64,000 nucleotides of DNA from assembly GCA_947476535.1 (NCBI GenBank), contig CANJRC010000002.1, positions 2,232 to 66,231 of the forward strand, written 5' to 3'. This stretch comes from Betaproteobacteria bacterium. GTDB lineage: Bacteria > Pseudomonadota > Gammaproteobacteria > Burkholderiales > SG8-39. A model generated the notes under the pieces. The model made no database searches. It worked only from the letters and a program-made list of their open reading frames with translations, and was not told where the DNA came from. The position numbers and the translations under genes were made by a program. Within the stretch, counting starts at the first letter, position 1. Each line of letters opens with the position of its first letter. Of this stretch, positions 52,255 through 60,747 are shown piece by piece.

Positions 52255-52611
52255 ATGCGACGATTGCGATATGCTCCGGGGACCATGATTCCTCAACCTA
52301 TTCCGCCACGCAGCACCCGCGAATTCATTCGTCGAGCCGTTCGCGGCGAGGCACATCTGTGGCAGGTCTGGTGGCTTGCCGGCATCCCCGTGATTGCTGC
52401 CGCCACCTGGCTGGGCATCACGGCGGAGGACCTGCGCTACGACGAAGCGCACTTTGGGGGCGCGGTGCTCGATACCGTGAAATTCATGCTGTGCCTGTTC
52501 TGGTTGGTTGCCGCCTGGCGCTGCTCGGGCAACGCCGGTAACGGCTTCTGGCGCGCTACGGGGCGCTTGGCCATCGCACTTTCCATCCTATTTGTAGGAC
52601 TCACCTACTGA
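52255..52611 (+). CDS. Hypothetical small membrane protein
   Basis: Three predicted hydrophobic helices. No family recognised. The start is uncertain (an alternative ATG lies at 52285). Confidence 0.35.
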   Translation: MRRLRYAPGTMIPQPIPPRSTREFIRRAVRGEAHLWQVWWLAGIPVIAAATWLGITAEDLRYDEAHFGGAVLDTVKFMLCLFWLVAAWRCSGNAGNGFWRATGRLAIALSILFVGLTY

Positions 52612-52612
52612 C

Positions 52613-53404
52613 ATGAACAATGCATCTGTGACACTCGGGCGTCGCTTTGAAGGCCAGGTCGCTCTGATCACCGGCGGCGGGCGCGGCATCGGCCAGGAGG
52701 TCGCTGCACGCCTGGCCGCCGAAGGCGCGCGGCTCGCCATCTTCGACATGAATGTCGCAGGGGCCGAGGAAACCTGCGTTCGCGTCAAGAAGGCCGGTGG
52801 CGAAGCAATGGCGTATGGCGTGGATGTCACCTCCCGCGACGCGGTCGCTGCGGCAGTGAAGTCCGTCGTAACAGACTTCGGTCGCATCGATGTGCTCATC
52901 AATAACGCCGGCATTGGCTGGCGCATTCCTTTCCTGGAGATCACCGACGCGGACTGGTCGAAGATCATCGGCACCAACCTGACGGGCTACTTCATCGTGG
53001 CCCAGGAAGTGGCACGCAGCATGGTGACGAGCAAGAAGGGGCGCATCGTCAACGTTGCGTCGATCAATGCGCACATCGGCACCGATCACCAAGCGGCCTA
53101 CGCCGCATCCAAGGGCGGCATCGTGGCGCTCACGCGCGTCATGGCCTTCGAGCTGGCCCCACTGGGCATTTACGTGAATGCCATATCGCCCGGCCCCATC
53201 GAGACCGAACTGTCGGCAATGAACCTGTCGCCTGCCACGCGCCGCTCGCGCGAGGAACGCATCCCGCAGGGGCGACTGGGCCAACCCGGTGAGCTGGCTG
53301 CCGCCATCGCCTTTCTCGCTTCGCCGGATGCGTCCTATATCAACGGCACGGTGCTGGTGGTGGATGGCGGCCTGATCAGTGGCGGCATTAGGGAACCGAA
53401 GTAG
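52613..53404 (+). CDS. SDR family oxidoreductase (FabG-like)
   Basis: ALITGGGRGIG, NNAG, YAASKGGIVALTR, PGPIET. Confidence 0.85.
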   Translation: MNNASVTLGRRFEGQVALITGGGRGIGQEVAARLAAEGARLAIFDMNVAGAEETCVRVKKAGGEAMAYGVDVTSRDAVAAAVKSVVTDFGRIDVLINNAGIGWRIPFLEITDADWSKIIGTNLTGYFIVAQEVARSMVTSKKGRIVNVASINAHIGTDHQAAYAASKGGIVALTRVMAFELAPLGIYVNAISPGPIETELSAMNLSPATRRSREERIPQGRLGQPGELAAAIAFLASPDASYINGTVLVVDGGLISGGIREPK

Positions 53405-53435
53405 TCCGCCTCGAACTTCGCCGAGATACGGGGCA

Positions 53436-54437
53436 TCAGCCCTTGTCCGGCAGCCAGGCGCGCAGATTTGCCTTGGCCAGGTAGAACCACTCCTGGCCGG
53501 CCATCGCGGCCGGGTTCGGGAACACGATGTAGCCATCTTCTTCGGCTAACACCTTCGACCCATCCTTGCGCGTGCCGATCAGGTCCCCCTTGTTGAGCCG
53601 ATCAAAGCTCGACCACTCGCGAGCAAAGGCGTCCTCCTTGTCGGCCTTGTCGATGACCTCGAAGAGCCGCAGGGCGTCCATCACCGCTGCTGGCGCCGGC
53701 TTTGGAAGGTCGGCAAGGCCCAGAAAAGCCAGCGCATTGAGTATCGCGCGATAAGCCACCTCCGGTGCTGCTGGGTCGGCATGCTGCCCGCATTCCAGCG
53801 TAATGGAGCATCCACCGACGGTGCGCATGTACTCGGTCGTGCCCACCCCGTAACGGGGGTCGGTATTGAGGAGCGCCGCGCGCTCCGAAGTCGCGCCGGT
53901 CGCCTTCACGCGGCGCGCAACGCCGCGGGCATAGGTGTCCAGCCAGCCATCCATGAAGCGGCTCACGCCCAGGCGCCGCGCAAGCGACTCCTCGAGCGCC
54001 GCCTGCGAAAAGGGCTCCAGCGTGCCGGTGTTGTTTTCCGGCCCCAGCGCCGCGAAGGGTTGCCCCGCGGTGTGGAAGGAATGCAAGTCGAGCAGCACCT
54101 CGTGGGATGACAGCAGGGGGCACAACCAGTTGGCGATGTGGTCCTCGAAATCCACCGGCTTGTCGGTCGGGCACAGGTTGCGGTTGAGATTGCGGTCACC
54201 CGAGCGCTGCACGCGCCGGTGGGCCAGCGGGTTGGTGATGGGCACCAGGGTCAGCGTGCCGCGCTGGATGACGATGCGCCCCACGTCGATATCATCAATC
54301 AGCCGCTCGATGGCCTGCTTCCCGCAGGTCTCGTTACCGTGAACGGCGCCCAGTACGATCAGACGCCTGCCCGGCAAGATCCCGCCATGGGAAACGGACT
54401 TGAACTGCAGTCCCGACCACGATTCATTCGATGCCAT
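53436..54437 (-). CDS. Succinylglutamate desuccinylase/aspartoacylase family (M14-like) protein
   Basis: LIVLGAVHGNETCG zinc-ligand motif, with DLHS further on. The start was trimmed to the ATG at 54437. Confidence 0.75.
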   Translation of the reverse strand: MASNESWSGLQFKSVSHGGILPGRRLIVLGAVHGNETCGKQAIERLIDDIDVGRIVIQRGTLTLVPITNPLAHRRVQRSGDRNLNRNLCPTDKPVDFEDHIANWLCPLLSSHEVLLDLHSFHTAGQPFAALGPENNTGTLEPFSQAALEESLARRLGVSRFMDGWLDTYARGVARRVKATGATSERAALLNTDPRYGVGTTEYMRTVGGCSITLECGQHADPAAPEVAYRAILNALAFLGLADLPKPAPAAVMDALRLFEVIDKADKEDAFAREWSSFDRLNKGDLIGTRKDGSKVLAEEDGYIVFPNPAAMAGQEWFYLAKANLRAWLPDKG

Positions 54438-54587
54438 AATGCGTGCTCCCGTGATCCCGCCGCTGCCAGCTGGGCACCCAAAGGCGGGATTAAATATTAT
54501 CAATCCAGATATGAATACCCTGTCTATCGGATATCTATGATCAAAATATGATCACGTATCCCGAACATCCCATTGCCCCCGCTGCCA

Positions 54588-55955
54588 TTACAGCACATAG
54601 CGCGCGAGATCCTCGCTGGCGGCAAGGTCCTTCAGGCGCTCATCGACGTAGGCGGCATCTACCACCAACTGCTGCCCGCTACGCCGGCCGGCATCGTAGG
54701 AAATCTCCTCCAGCAGTTTTTCCATCACGGTGTACAGGCGCCTTGCGCCGATATTCTCGGTCTTCTCGTTGACCGACCAGGCGATTTCGGCCATGCGGCG
54801 GATCCCTTCGGGTCGGAACTCGAGCTTCACGTCCTCAGTGGCCAGCAGCGCCATATATTGAGTGGTCAGGCAGGCGTCGGTGGCGGTGAGGATGCGCTCG
54901 AAATCGGCCACGCTGAGCGGATCGAGTTCGACGCGGATCGGGAAACGCCCCTGCATCTCGGGGATCAGGTCCGAGGGCTTGGCCAGGTGAAAGGCGCCGC
55001 TGGCAATGAAGAGAATGTGGTCGGTCTTCACCATGCCGTGCTTGGTGCTCACCGTGGTTCCCTCCACCAGCGGGAGCAGGTCGCGCTGCACGCCCTGCCG
55101 CGACACGTCGGCGCCGGTGGTCTCCTGGCGCGAGGCGATCTTGTCGATCTCGTCGATGAAAACAATGCCGTTCTGCTCCACGTTGGCCAGCGCCACGGCG
55201 CGCAAGTCCTCGTCGTTGACCAAGCGCGACGCCTCTTCATCGGTGAGCTGCTTCATGGCGTCGCGAATCTTCAACTTGCGCAGTTTCTTGCGGCCGCCGC
55301 CCATGTTCTGAAACATGCCCTGGATCTGCTGCGTGAGTTCCTCCATGCCGGGGGGCGCCATGATCTCCATGTGCGCTTGCGGCGTGGCCACTTCAATCTC
55401 GATTTCCCGATCATCGAGCTCGCCCTCGCGCAGCTTCTTGCGGAATTTCTGGCGCGCAGCCGAGTCCGCCTCGGTTTCACTGCGGGGGGTCAAACTGATA
55501 TCCCGATCATCAAAGGAGCCCGCGGAGCGGGCGGGCGGGATCAGTGCATCGAGAATGCGATCTTCGGCGGCATCCTCGGCGCGCTGGCGCACCTTGCGCA
55601 TGGCCGCCTCGCGCGTCTGCTTGACGCTGATCTCGGCCAGGTCGCGAATGATAGTGTCGACGTCGCGCCCGACATAGCCCACCTCGGTGAATTTTGTGGC
55701 CTCCACCTTGATGAACGGCGCGTCGGCCAGCCTTGCAAGGCGCCGCGCGATCTCGGTCTTGCCCACGCCGGTAGGCCCGATCATGAGGATGTTCTTGGGC
55801 GTGATTTCCTGTCGCAGGGGTTCAGCCACCTGCTGGCGTCGCCAGCGGTTGCGCAGCGCGATGGCAACCGCGCGCTTGGCGCGGTCCTGCCCGACGATGT
55901 GCTTGTCGAGCTCGTGGACGATTTCCTGCGGAGTCATTTGCGTAATGGACGACAT
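54588..55955 (-). CDS. hslU: ATP-dependent protease ATPase subunit HslU
   Basis: [17 protein letters not shown]...[20 protein letters not shown]...[11 protein letters not shown]. Confidence 0.93.
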   Translation of the reverse strand: MSSITQMTPQEIVHELDKHIVGQDRAKRAVAIALRNRWRRQQVAEPLRQEITPKNILMIGPTGVGKTEIARRLARLADAPFIKVEATKFTEVGYVGRDVDTIIRDLAEISVKQTREAAMRKVRQRAEDAAEDRILDALIPPARSAGSFDDRDISLTPRSETEADSAARQKFRKKLREGELDDREIEIEVATPQAHMEIMAPPGMEELTQQIQGMFQNMGGGRKKLRKLKIRDAMKQLTDEEASRLVNDEDLRAVALANVEQNGIVFIDEIDKIASRQETTGADVSRQGVQRDLLPLVEGTTVSTKHGMVKTDHILFIASGAFHLAKPSDLIPEMQGRFPIRVELDPLSVADFERILTATDACLTTQYMALLATEDVKLEFRPEGIRRMAEIAWSVNEKTENIGARRLYTVMEKLLEEISYDAGRRSGQQLVVDAAYVDERLKDLAASEDLARYVL

Positions 55956-56030
55956 GGAAGACCTCGTTGCAACAGGTGTTGCGCCGGCAGGCCTGACCAA
56001 TGGCCCGATGTGCCGGCGGCATTGTCGGAA

Positions 56031-56567
56031 TCAGCCCAGCACCTCGATGGTGTGATGCTGGTTGGTGTAGATACACAGGTCAGCCGCAATCGACAGCGCT
56101 TTCTTGACGATCGCCTGCGGTTCGAGGTCGGTATTATCGAGCAGTGCCTTGGCCGCCGCCTGGGCGTACGGGCCGCCGGAACCGATGGCAATCAGCCCGT
56201 ACTCGGGCTCCAGCACATCGCCCTGGCCGGTGATGATCAACGACACGTCGCGATCGGCCACTGCCAACATGGCTTCCAGGCGACGCAGGATGCGGTCGGT
56301 GCGCCAATCCTTGGCCAGCTCCACGGCAGAGCGCATCAGGTTGCCTTGGTGCTTTTCCAACTTCGCTTCAAAGCGCTCGAAGAGCGTGAAGGCATCAGCT
56401 GTGCCGCCCGCAAAACCAGCGAGAATCTTGTCGTGATGGATCCGCCGCACTTTTCGCGCACTGGCCTTGATGACGATATTGCCAAGCGTGACCTGACCGT
56501 CGCCACCCAGGGCCACTGTGTTGCCGCGGCGCGCGGAAAGGATGGTCGTGCCGTGAAATTGTTCCAA
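56031..56567 (-). CDS. hslV: ATP-dependent protease subunit HslV
   Basis: (TTG)[41 protein letters not shown]... The betaproteobacterial-type N-terminus MEQFHGTT implies a TTG start at 56567. The track ORF extends to 56681. Confidence 0.88.
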   Translation of the reverse strand: MEQFHGTTILSARRGNTVALGGDGQVTLGNIVIKASARKVRRIHHDKILAGFAGGTADAFTLFERFEAKLEKHQGNLMRSAVELAKDWRTDRILRRLEAMLAVADRDVSLIITGQGDVLEPEYGLIAIGSGGPYAQAAAKALLDNTDLEPQAIVKKALSIAADLCIYTNQHHTIEVLG

Positions 56568-56660
56568 TTCAGAGGTCCGGTTGGAGGTGAAGGGGGATTC
56601 AATGGTACGGCAATCGAGGCAGGGAAAGATGACTTGATCACCGCGCGGATCCTCTCGGAG

Positions 56661-56687
56661 ATCGGGGCGCCGCCACCCCATTTCAAG
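56661..56687 (-). promoter_or_regulatory. Sigma-32-type promoter of hslVU
   Basis: The minus strand reads CTTGAAA-13 nt-CCCCGATC, about 95 nt upstream of the hslV start. Confidence 0.55.
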
Positions 56688-56693
56688 AGCGGC

Positions 56694-57449
56694 CTAGCGA
56701 ATTTGCGATGGCGCCAATGCCCAAAGCACGCCCGCCAACGCCATGGTGCAGACAATCAACGCGCCTGAGGGCAGGTCGAACCATGCCGACGCCCACAATC
56801 CAGAGGCATAGCCAACCGCCGCCACCCCGTACGCTTTGAGCGTGCGCCGCGATCCCGCGTAATAGGTTGCGAGCGCTGGAACGATCAAGGTCGCAAACAC
56901 GAGGTAAAGGCCGACCTGCTGCACGGAAAGCGTCACGGCACATGCGAACAGCAGGTAAAAACCGGTGCGGCCCAGCTTCTCGCGAAAAGCAAACCATATC
57001 GCCGTGATCGCCACATAGACGATCGCCTCCATCGCCAGTCGCGTCGGATCCACCCACAGGATCTGCCCCACCAGCAGGTCCTTCAGGTGCTCGCCGCCAT
57101 GCGGATTGCCCGCCAGGAGGAGCAAGGCGACGCTCGCCGCGAGCGCGAAAACGACGCCGATAATCGCCTCCTGCACCTCGGGCCAACGGCGCTCGGTCCA
57201 GGTGAGAAACAACGCACCGGCCAGCGCCGCCGTCAAGGCAGCGACCTGCACCGCAACCCCCTGCGGCTCCCATCCGAGCGCATCGGCGACAATGACACCC
57301 AGCCCGGCGATCTGGGCCACCGCGAGGTCGATGAACACGATACCGCGCGACAAGACCTGCAGCCCCAGCGGCACCAGCGCCAGGCTCACCAGCAGTCCGG
57401 CTGCCAACGCGGGCAACAAAATACCCAGGCTCGCAGAATCGAAGTTCAT
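56694..57449 (-). CDS. Metal ABC transporter permease (ABC-3 family, ZnuB-like)
   Basis: 251-aa polytopic protein. FIDLAVAQIAGLG and LLVGQILWVDPTRL parallel the ZnuB motifs. The ATG overlaps the SBP TGA (ATGA). Confidence 0.85.
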   Translation of the reverse strand: MNFDSASLGILLPALAAGLLVSLALVPLGLQVLSRGIVFIDLAVAQIAGLGVIVADALGWEPQGVAVQVAALTAALAGALFLTWTERRWPEVQEAIIGVVFALAASVALLLLAGNPHGGEHLKDLLVGQILWVDPTRLAMEAIVYVAITAIWFAFREKLGRTGFYLLFACAVTLSVQQVGLYLVFATLIVPALATYYAGSRRTLKAYGVAAVGYASGLWASAWFDLPSGALIVCTMALAGVLWALAPSQIR

Positions 57450-58369
57450 TTGGAGCCCTTGCCCTGCGCGGCGGAAAGCAGTCGGGACAGCGTGTCATCG
57501 AACAAGCTGAACAGGTCCCGGGCGCTCTCCGTTCCGCCAACCGTGAACGGCAGCAGCACCGCCGGCACACCCGTGCGCTGTGACAGGAAGCCCGCCGCCT
57601 TCGGATCGTTGTAGGCAGAATAAACGATGAACTTTGCCGGCTCCCGGCGCATGCCCTCCACCAACTCGGCCAGGTGGGAAGGCGAGGGAGGAACGCCGGG
57701 CTGCGGTTCGAGCGTCGCAACCTCCCTCAGGCCGAGCCACGCTTCGAGATAGGTCCAGGCCTTGTGATGTACCACCACTGGGAGGCCCCGGAGCGGTGCG
57801 GCCTGCTGCTCCCAACGTGCGATGGCCGCCTGCCAGCGCTCGAGGAAAGCCTTGCCGCGGGAACGATAGGACTCGGCACCCGGGGCATCGATTTGCGCTA
57901 GCCGAGCAATGAGCGCCTCGGCCACCTTGGCGATGTTGCGCGGGTCGGTCTGGATATGCGGATTACCCCCCGGATGGATGTCGCCCATCGCGCGATCGAG
58001 CACCTTTGGTATTTCAAGACGAGACACATACTGCGCCGCCTCGAAATTGCCCGGCCGGCCGCCCTGCACCTTGGCATTGCCCGACTGCGTCAGGAGGATC
58101 GGCAGCCAGCCGATCTCCAGCTCGGAGCCGGTGCACACGACCAGGTCGGCATTGCGCACGCGCGCGATCAGGCTCGGACGTGCTTCGATGCGGTGTGGGT
58201 CCTGCAGTGCCGTGGTCGCGGAGTAGGCGTTGATCCGGTCGCCGCCGATTTCCGTTGCCAGCGCGGCCCATTCGGGCTCGCAGGCAAACACGTTGATCGC
58301 CGCCACGGCCGAGGCCGCCGCCATCATTGCGGCCAGGGTTCCTGCCATCACGATGAATATTTTTTTCAT
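57446..58369 (-). CDS. Metal ABC transporter substrate-binding protein (ZnuA/TroA family)
   Basis: Signal peptide MKKIFIVMAGTLAAMMAAASAVAA; metal-ligand regions LQDPHRIEARPS and GDIHPGGNPHIQTDP. The start was trimmed to the ATG at 58369, preceded by GAGGAG. Confidence 0.8.
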   Translation of the reverse strand: MKKIFIVMAGTLAAMMAAASAVAAINVFACEPEWAALATEIGGDRINAYSATTALQDPHRIEARPSLIARVRNADLVVCTGSELEIGWLPILLTQSGNAKVQGGRPGNFEAAQYVSRLEIPKVLDRAMGDIHPGGNPHIQTDPRNIAKVAEALIARLAQIDAPGAESYRSRGKAFLERWQAAIARWEQQAAPLRGLPVVVHHKAWTYLEAWLGLREVATLEPQPGVPPSPSHLAELVEGMRREPAKFIVYSAYNDPKAAGFLSQRTGVPAVLLPFTVGGTESARDLFSLFDDTLSRLLSAAQGKGSK

Positions 58370-58379
58370 GGTCTGCTCC

Positions 58380-59819
58380 TCAGAACTTGTGCCCGCCATG
58401 CGCGCCCATGCTGATGATGTATTGGAGGAAGAGCTGGTTGTCCGCGATCCCCGCACGCGCCCGGTCGCGGGCGAACTGCAGCCTGACGCGGCTGAATTCG
58501 CCGGCACTCCAGTCGAGCATCAGCGTGTTGCGCGTCGGCCTGTAGCTGGCGAATATTGGAAAATCCGCGGCCGTGAGTGCACCACCGACCACGAGGCCAA
58601 GGCCGGTGGTGCCGGAGTCGAGCCGGTCATAGCGATAACCCAGGCGCCACTCGGGCTGGAACTGGTAGACCCCTTGCAGGTACCAGCCGGATTGCTTCGA
58701 CAGGTAGGAACCGGACTGCGTTCCCAGCGACGCCGCTGCCGTGTCATAAGTCAGTTGCCCGTCTTCGGTGCGACGGAAGTATTCGCCCTGCAGCTTGAAA
58801 CTGGTATTGGATGCATTGCCGTTAGGCGCCCATTTCAGCACGCCGTCAATGACCCACAGGCGACTCGCAGCGCCGATGCTATTGGTCACACCGGTCCCCG
58901 TCGAATCGACATCGTTGAACGCTCGGTCGTGCACCCGGGTGCGCAAGTGGGAGAGCCCCACCCGCCATGCAGCACCCGTCCCCCAATCACCGCCCAGGTG
59001 GGCGAACAGGTTGGTCGAACCGAAGCCGTTCTTCATGCGCCCGCCATCCGGCCCGCCCGGAAACTTGCGGCCACGCCCGAACTCCAAGCCGACATCGGCG
59101 TAGAGATCGGTGGGGGCGACCCACTTGATCTGGAAGCCGTCTTCAGCCAGCTGGTTGCCGAGGAACACCTTGTTCGCCAGTGGCATGTCGGTGAAGTCCC
59201 ATGCGTGCGCGTGGATCTCGTTCTGATAGCCCACGCTGGAGAAGAAACGACCCGCCTTGAGCATGAAGCCGTTGGAGAGGCCCAGTGTCTGGATGTGTGC
59301 CTCCTCCACGCTGACGGAATCCTCGGGCGCCAGCGCGGCAACGAGCGTGCCGCGGAAGTGGCGGTCGATGTTGGCCGAAAAAGCGATCTCGGATTCACCC
59401 AGGCTGAGGCCGCGATTGGGCGGCGCCACCTCTCCCATGGTCGGCACAAACCCGTTGATACGGTAATTGGTGGGGTTCTGCGACAGGTTGCCGTAGACGC
59501 CGTTGAGGATAGCCGAGATGCCGGGGTTGAATGCACCCTCGCCGGCGGTGCGGCTGCTCGCCTGCACCGCAACCTGTTCAGCCGTTGCTTGCGCGGCAGT
59601 CGCGGAAGACTTGGCCTGACCAGCGGTCTGTTCCGCCTGCTTCAGCCGGGCTTCCAGTTCGTTGATCTTCTTTTCGTAGAGGTCCTTAAGCTGTCGGACC
59701 TGCTCGCGCAGCTCCTTCAGGTCGTCGTCGCTGGCGGCGTGGGCGTCATGCGCCGTAGAGAAAAACAGGCTTGCGGTCAGCGCGGCAATGGCCGGCGCCC
59801 GATTGCTGGATCGAAACAT
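58380..59819 (-). CDS. Outer-membrane beta-barrel protein with N-terminal coiled coil (porin-like; family uncertain)
   Basis: Signal peptide ending AHA-AS, then a heptad-rich region (DDLKELREQVRQLKDLYEKKINELEARLKQAEQ). Alternating-hydrophobic strands follow, and the protein ends in a C-terminal aromatic residue (...MGAHGGHKF). Confidence 0.55.
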   Translation of the reverse strand: MFRSSNRAPAIAALTASLFFSTAHDAHAASDDDLKELREQVRQLKDLYEKKINELEARLKQAEQTAGQAKSSATAAQATAEQVAVQASSRTAGEGAFNPGISAILNGVYGNLSQNPTNYRINGFVPTMGEVAPPNRGLSLGESEIAFSANIDRHFRGTLVAALAPEDSVSVEEAHIQTLGLSNGFMLKAGRFFSSVGYQNEIHAHAWDFTDMPLANKVFLGNQLAEDGFQIKWVAPTDLYADVGLEFGRGRKFPGGPDGGRMKNGFGSTNLFAHLGGDWGTGAAWRVGLSHLRTRVHDRAFNDVDSTGTGVTNSIGAASRLWVIDGVLKWAPNGNASNTSFKLQGEYFRRTEDGQLTYDTAAASLGTQSGSYLSKQSGWYLQGVYQFQPEWRLGYRYDRLDSGTTGLGLVVGGALTAADFPIFASYRPTRNTLMLDWSAGEFSRVRLQFARDRARAGIADNQLFLQYIISMGAHGGHKF

Positions 59820-59897
59820 GATGGTTCTCCATGCGTGGCATGCAAGCGCAATGCGCGCTCGCGAACGGCGCGGCATCGTGCGATGCCGCAGTGCGGT

Positions 59898-60233
59898 TCA
59901 GCTCACGTGGAGAACAGGTGGGGCGCGGGAGGAATAGGCGGTGTGCTTGGCCGGCCGCAGCGGCAGTCCGGGCTGGATGACCAGCGTGACGGCAGGATCG
60001 GTACCGAGAAACGCCAGTGGTGGCGCGTTCAGCGCGCAGTCGACCGCATGGAATGCCACACAGCGGTCGCGTGCATGGTCCAGCGGCGCGGGACTGTCGC
60101 CGCCAGTCTGGGCCTGGCCTGCAATGGCAAGGTCGTACTCGGCGTGGGACAGCGCATGCAACTGGCCCGCCCACTGCCCCGCAATGAGGGCTGCGGCCAG
60201 GACCAGGCTAAGCAGGTGGCGCAGACGTTTCAT
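59898..60233 (-). CDS. Small exported protein with His/Cys motifs (hypothetical)
   Basis: MKRLRHLLSLVLAAALIAGQWAGQLHALSHAEYD...DHARDRCVAFHAVDCAL. Signal-like N-terminus. The start was trimmed to the ATG at 60233. Confidence 0.4.
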   Translation of the reverse strand: MKRLRHLLSLVLAAALIAGQWAGQLHALSHAEYDLAIAGQAQTGGDSPAPLDHARDRCVAFHAVDCALNAPPLAFLGTDPAVTLVIQPGLPLRPAKHTAYSSRAPPVLHVS

Positions 60234-60279
60234 GCGCGGGCGGATTTCGTTAGCTCCAGGTCCCGAAGCCGCGATCGGG

Positions 60280-60747
60280 TCAGTCGCCGTACAGCTTCTG
60301 GCGCTGCTCGCGACGCGTCTGTGCATCAATGGTCAGCGTTGCCGTCGGGCGCGCCAGGAGGCGAGGTATGCCGATGGGGTCACCGGTCTCCTCGCAGAAA
60401 CCATAGGACTCGTCATCGATGCGGCGCAGCGCTTCCTCGATCTTCTTCAGCAGCTTGCGCTCGCGATCGCGCGCGCGCAATTCCAGCGCATTTTCCTCCT
60501 CGATCGTCGCCTGGTCGGCGGGGTCGGGCTCGGCAGTGTGTTCGCGCAGGTGCTCGGAGGTGCTGCCCGCATTTTCGAGGAGCTCATTGCGCATGGCGAT
60601 GAGCTTGTCACGGAAAAATGCCAACTGCTGCTCGTTCATGTACTGCGACCCCGGCATCTTGCGAAGTGCCGCCTCCGTGAGGCTTGCTCCCGGCTCAACT
60701 TTCTTGGCTACCGTCTCGGACTTCTTTGCTACTGTCTCACGAGGCAT
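60280..60747 (-). CDS. dksA2: DksA-family RNA polymerase-binding factor lacking the Cys4 zinc finger (DksA2-like)
   Basis: Coiled-coil tip DPADQATIEEE (DxxDxA) and RDRERKLLKKIEEAL. The finger region reads YGFCEETGDPIGIPRLLARPTATLTIDAQ, so CxxC...CxxC has become CxxT...TxxA. Confidence 0.8.
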   Translation of the reverse strand: MPRETVAKKSETVAKKVEPGASLTEAALRKMPGSQYMNEQQLAFFRDKLIAMRNELLENAGSTSEHLREHTAEPDPADQATIEEENALELRARDRERKLLKKIEEALRRIDDESYGFCEETGDPIGIPRLLARPTATLTIDAQTRREQRQKLYGD

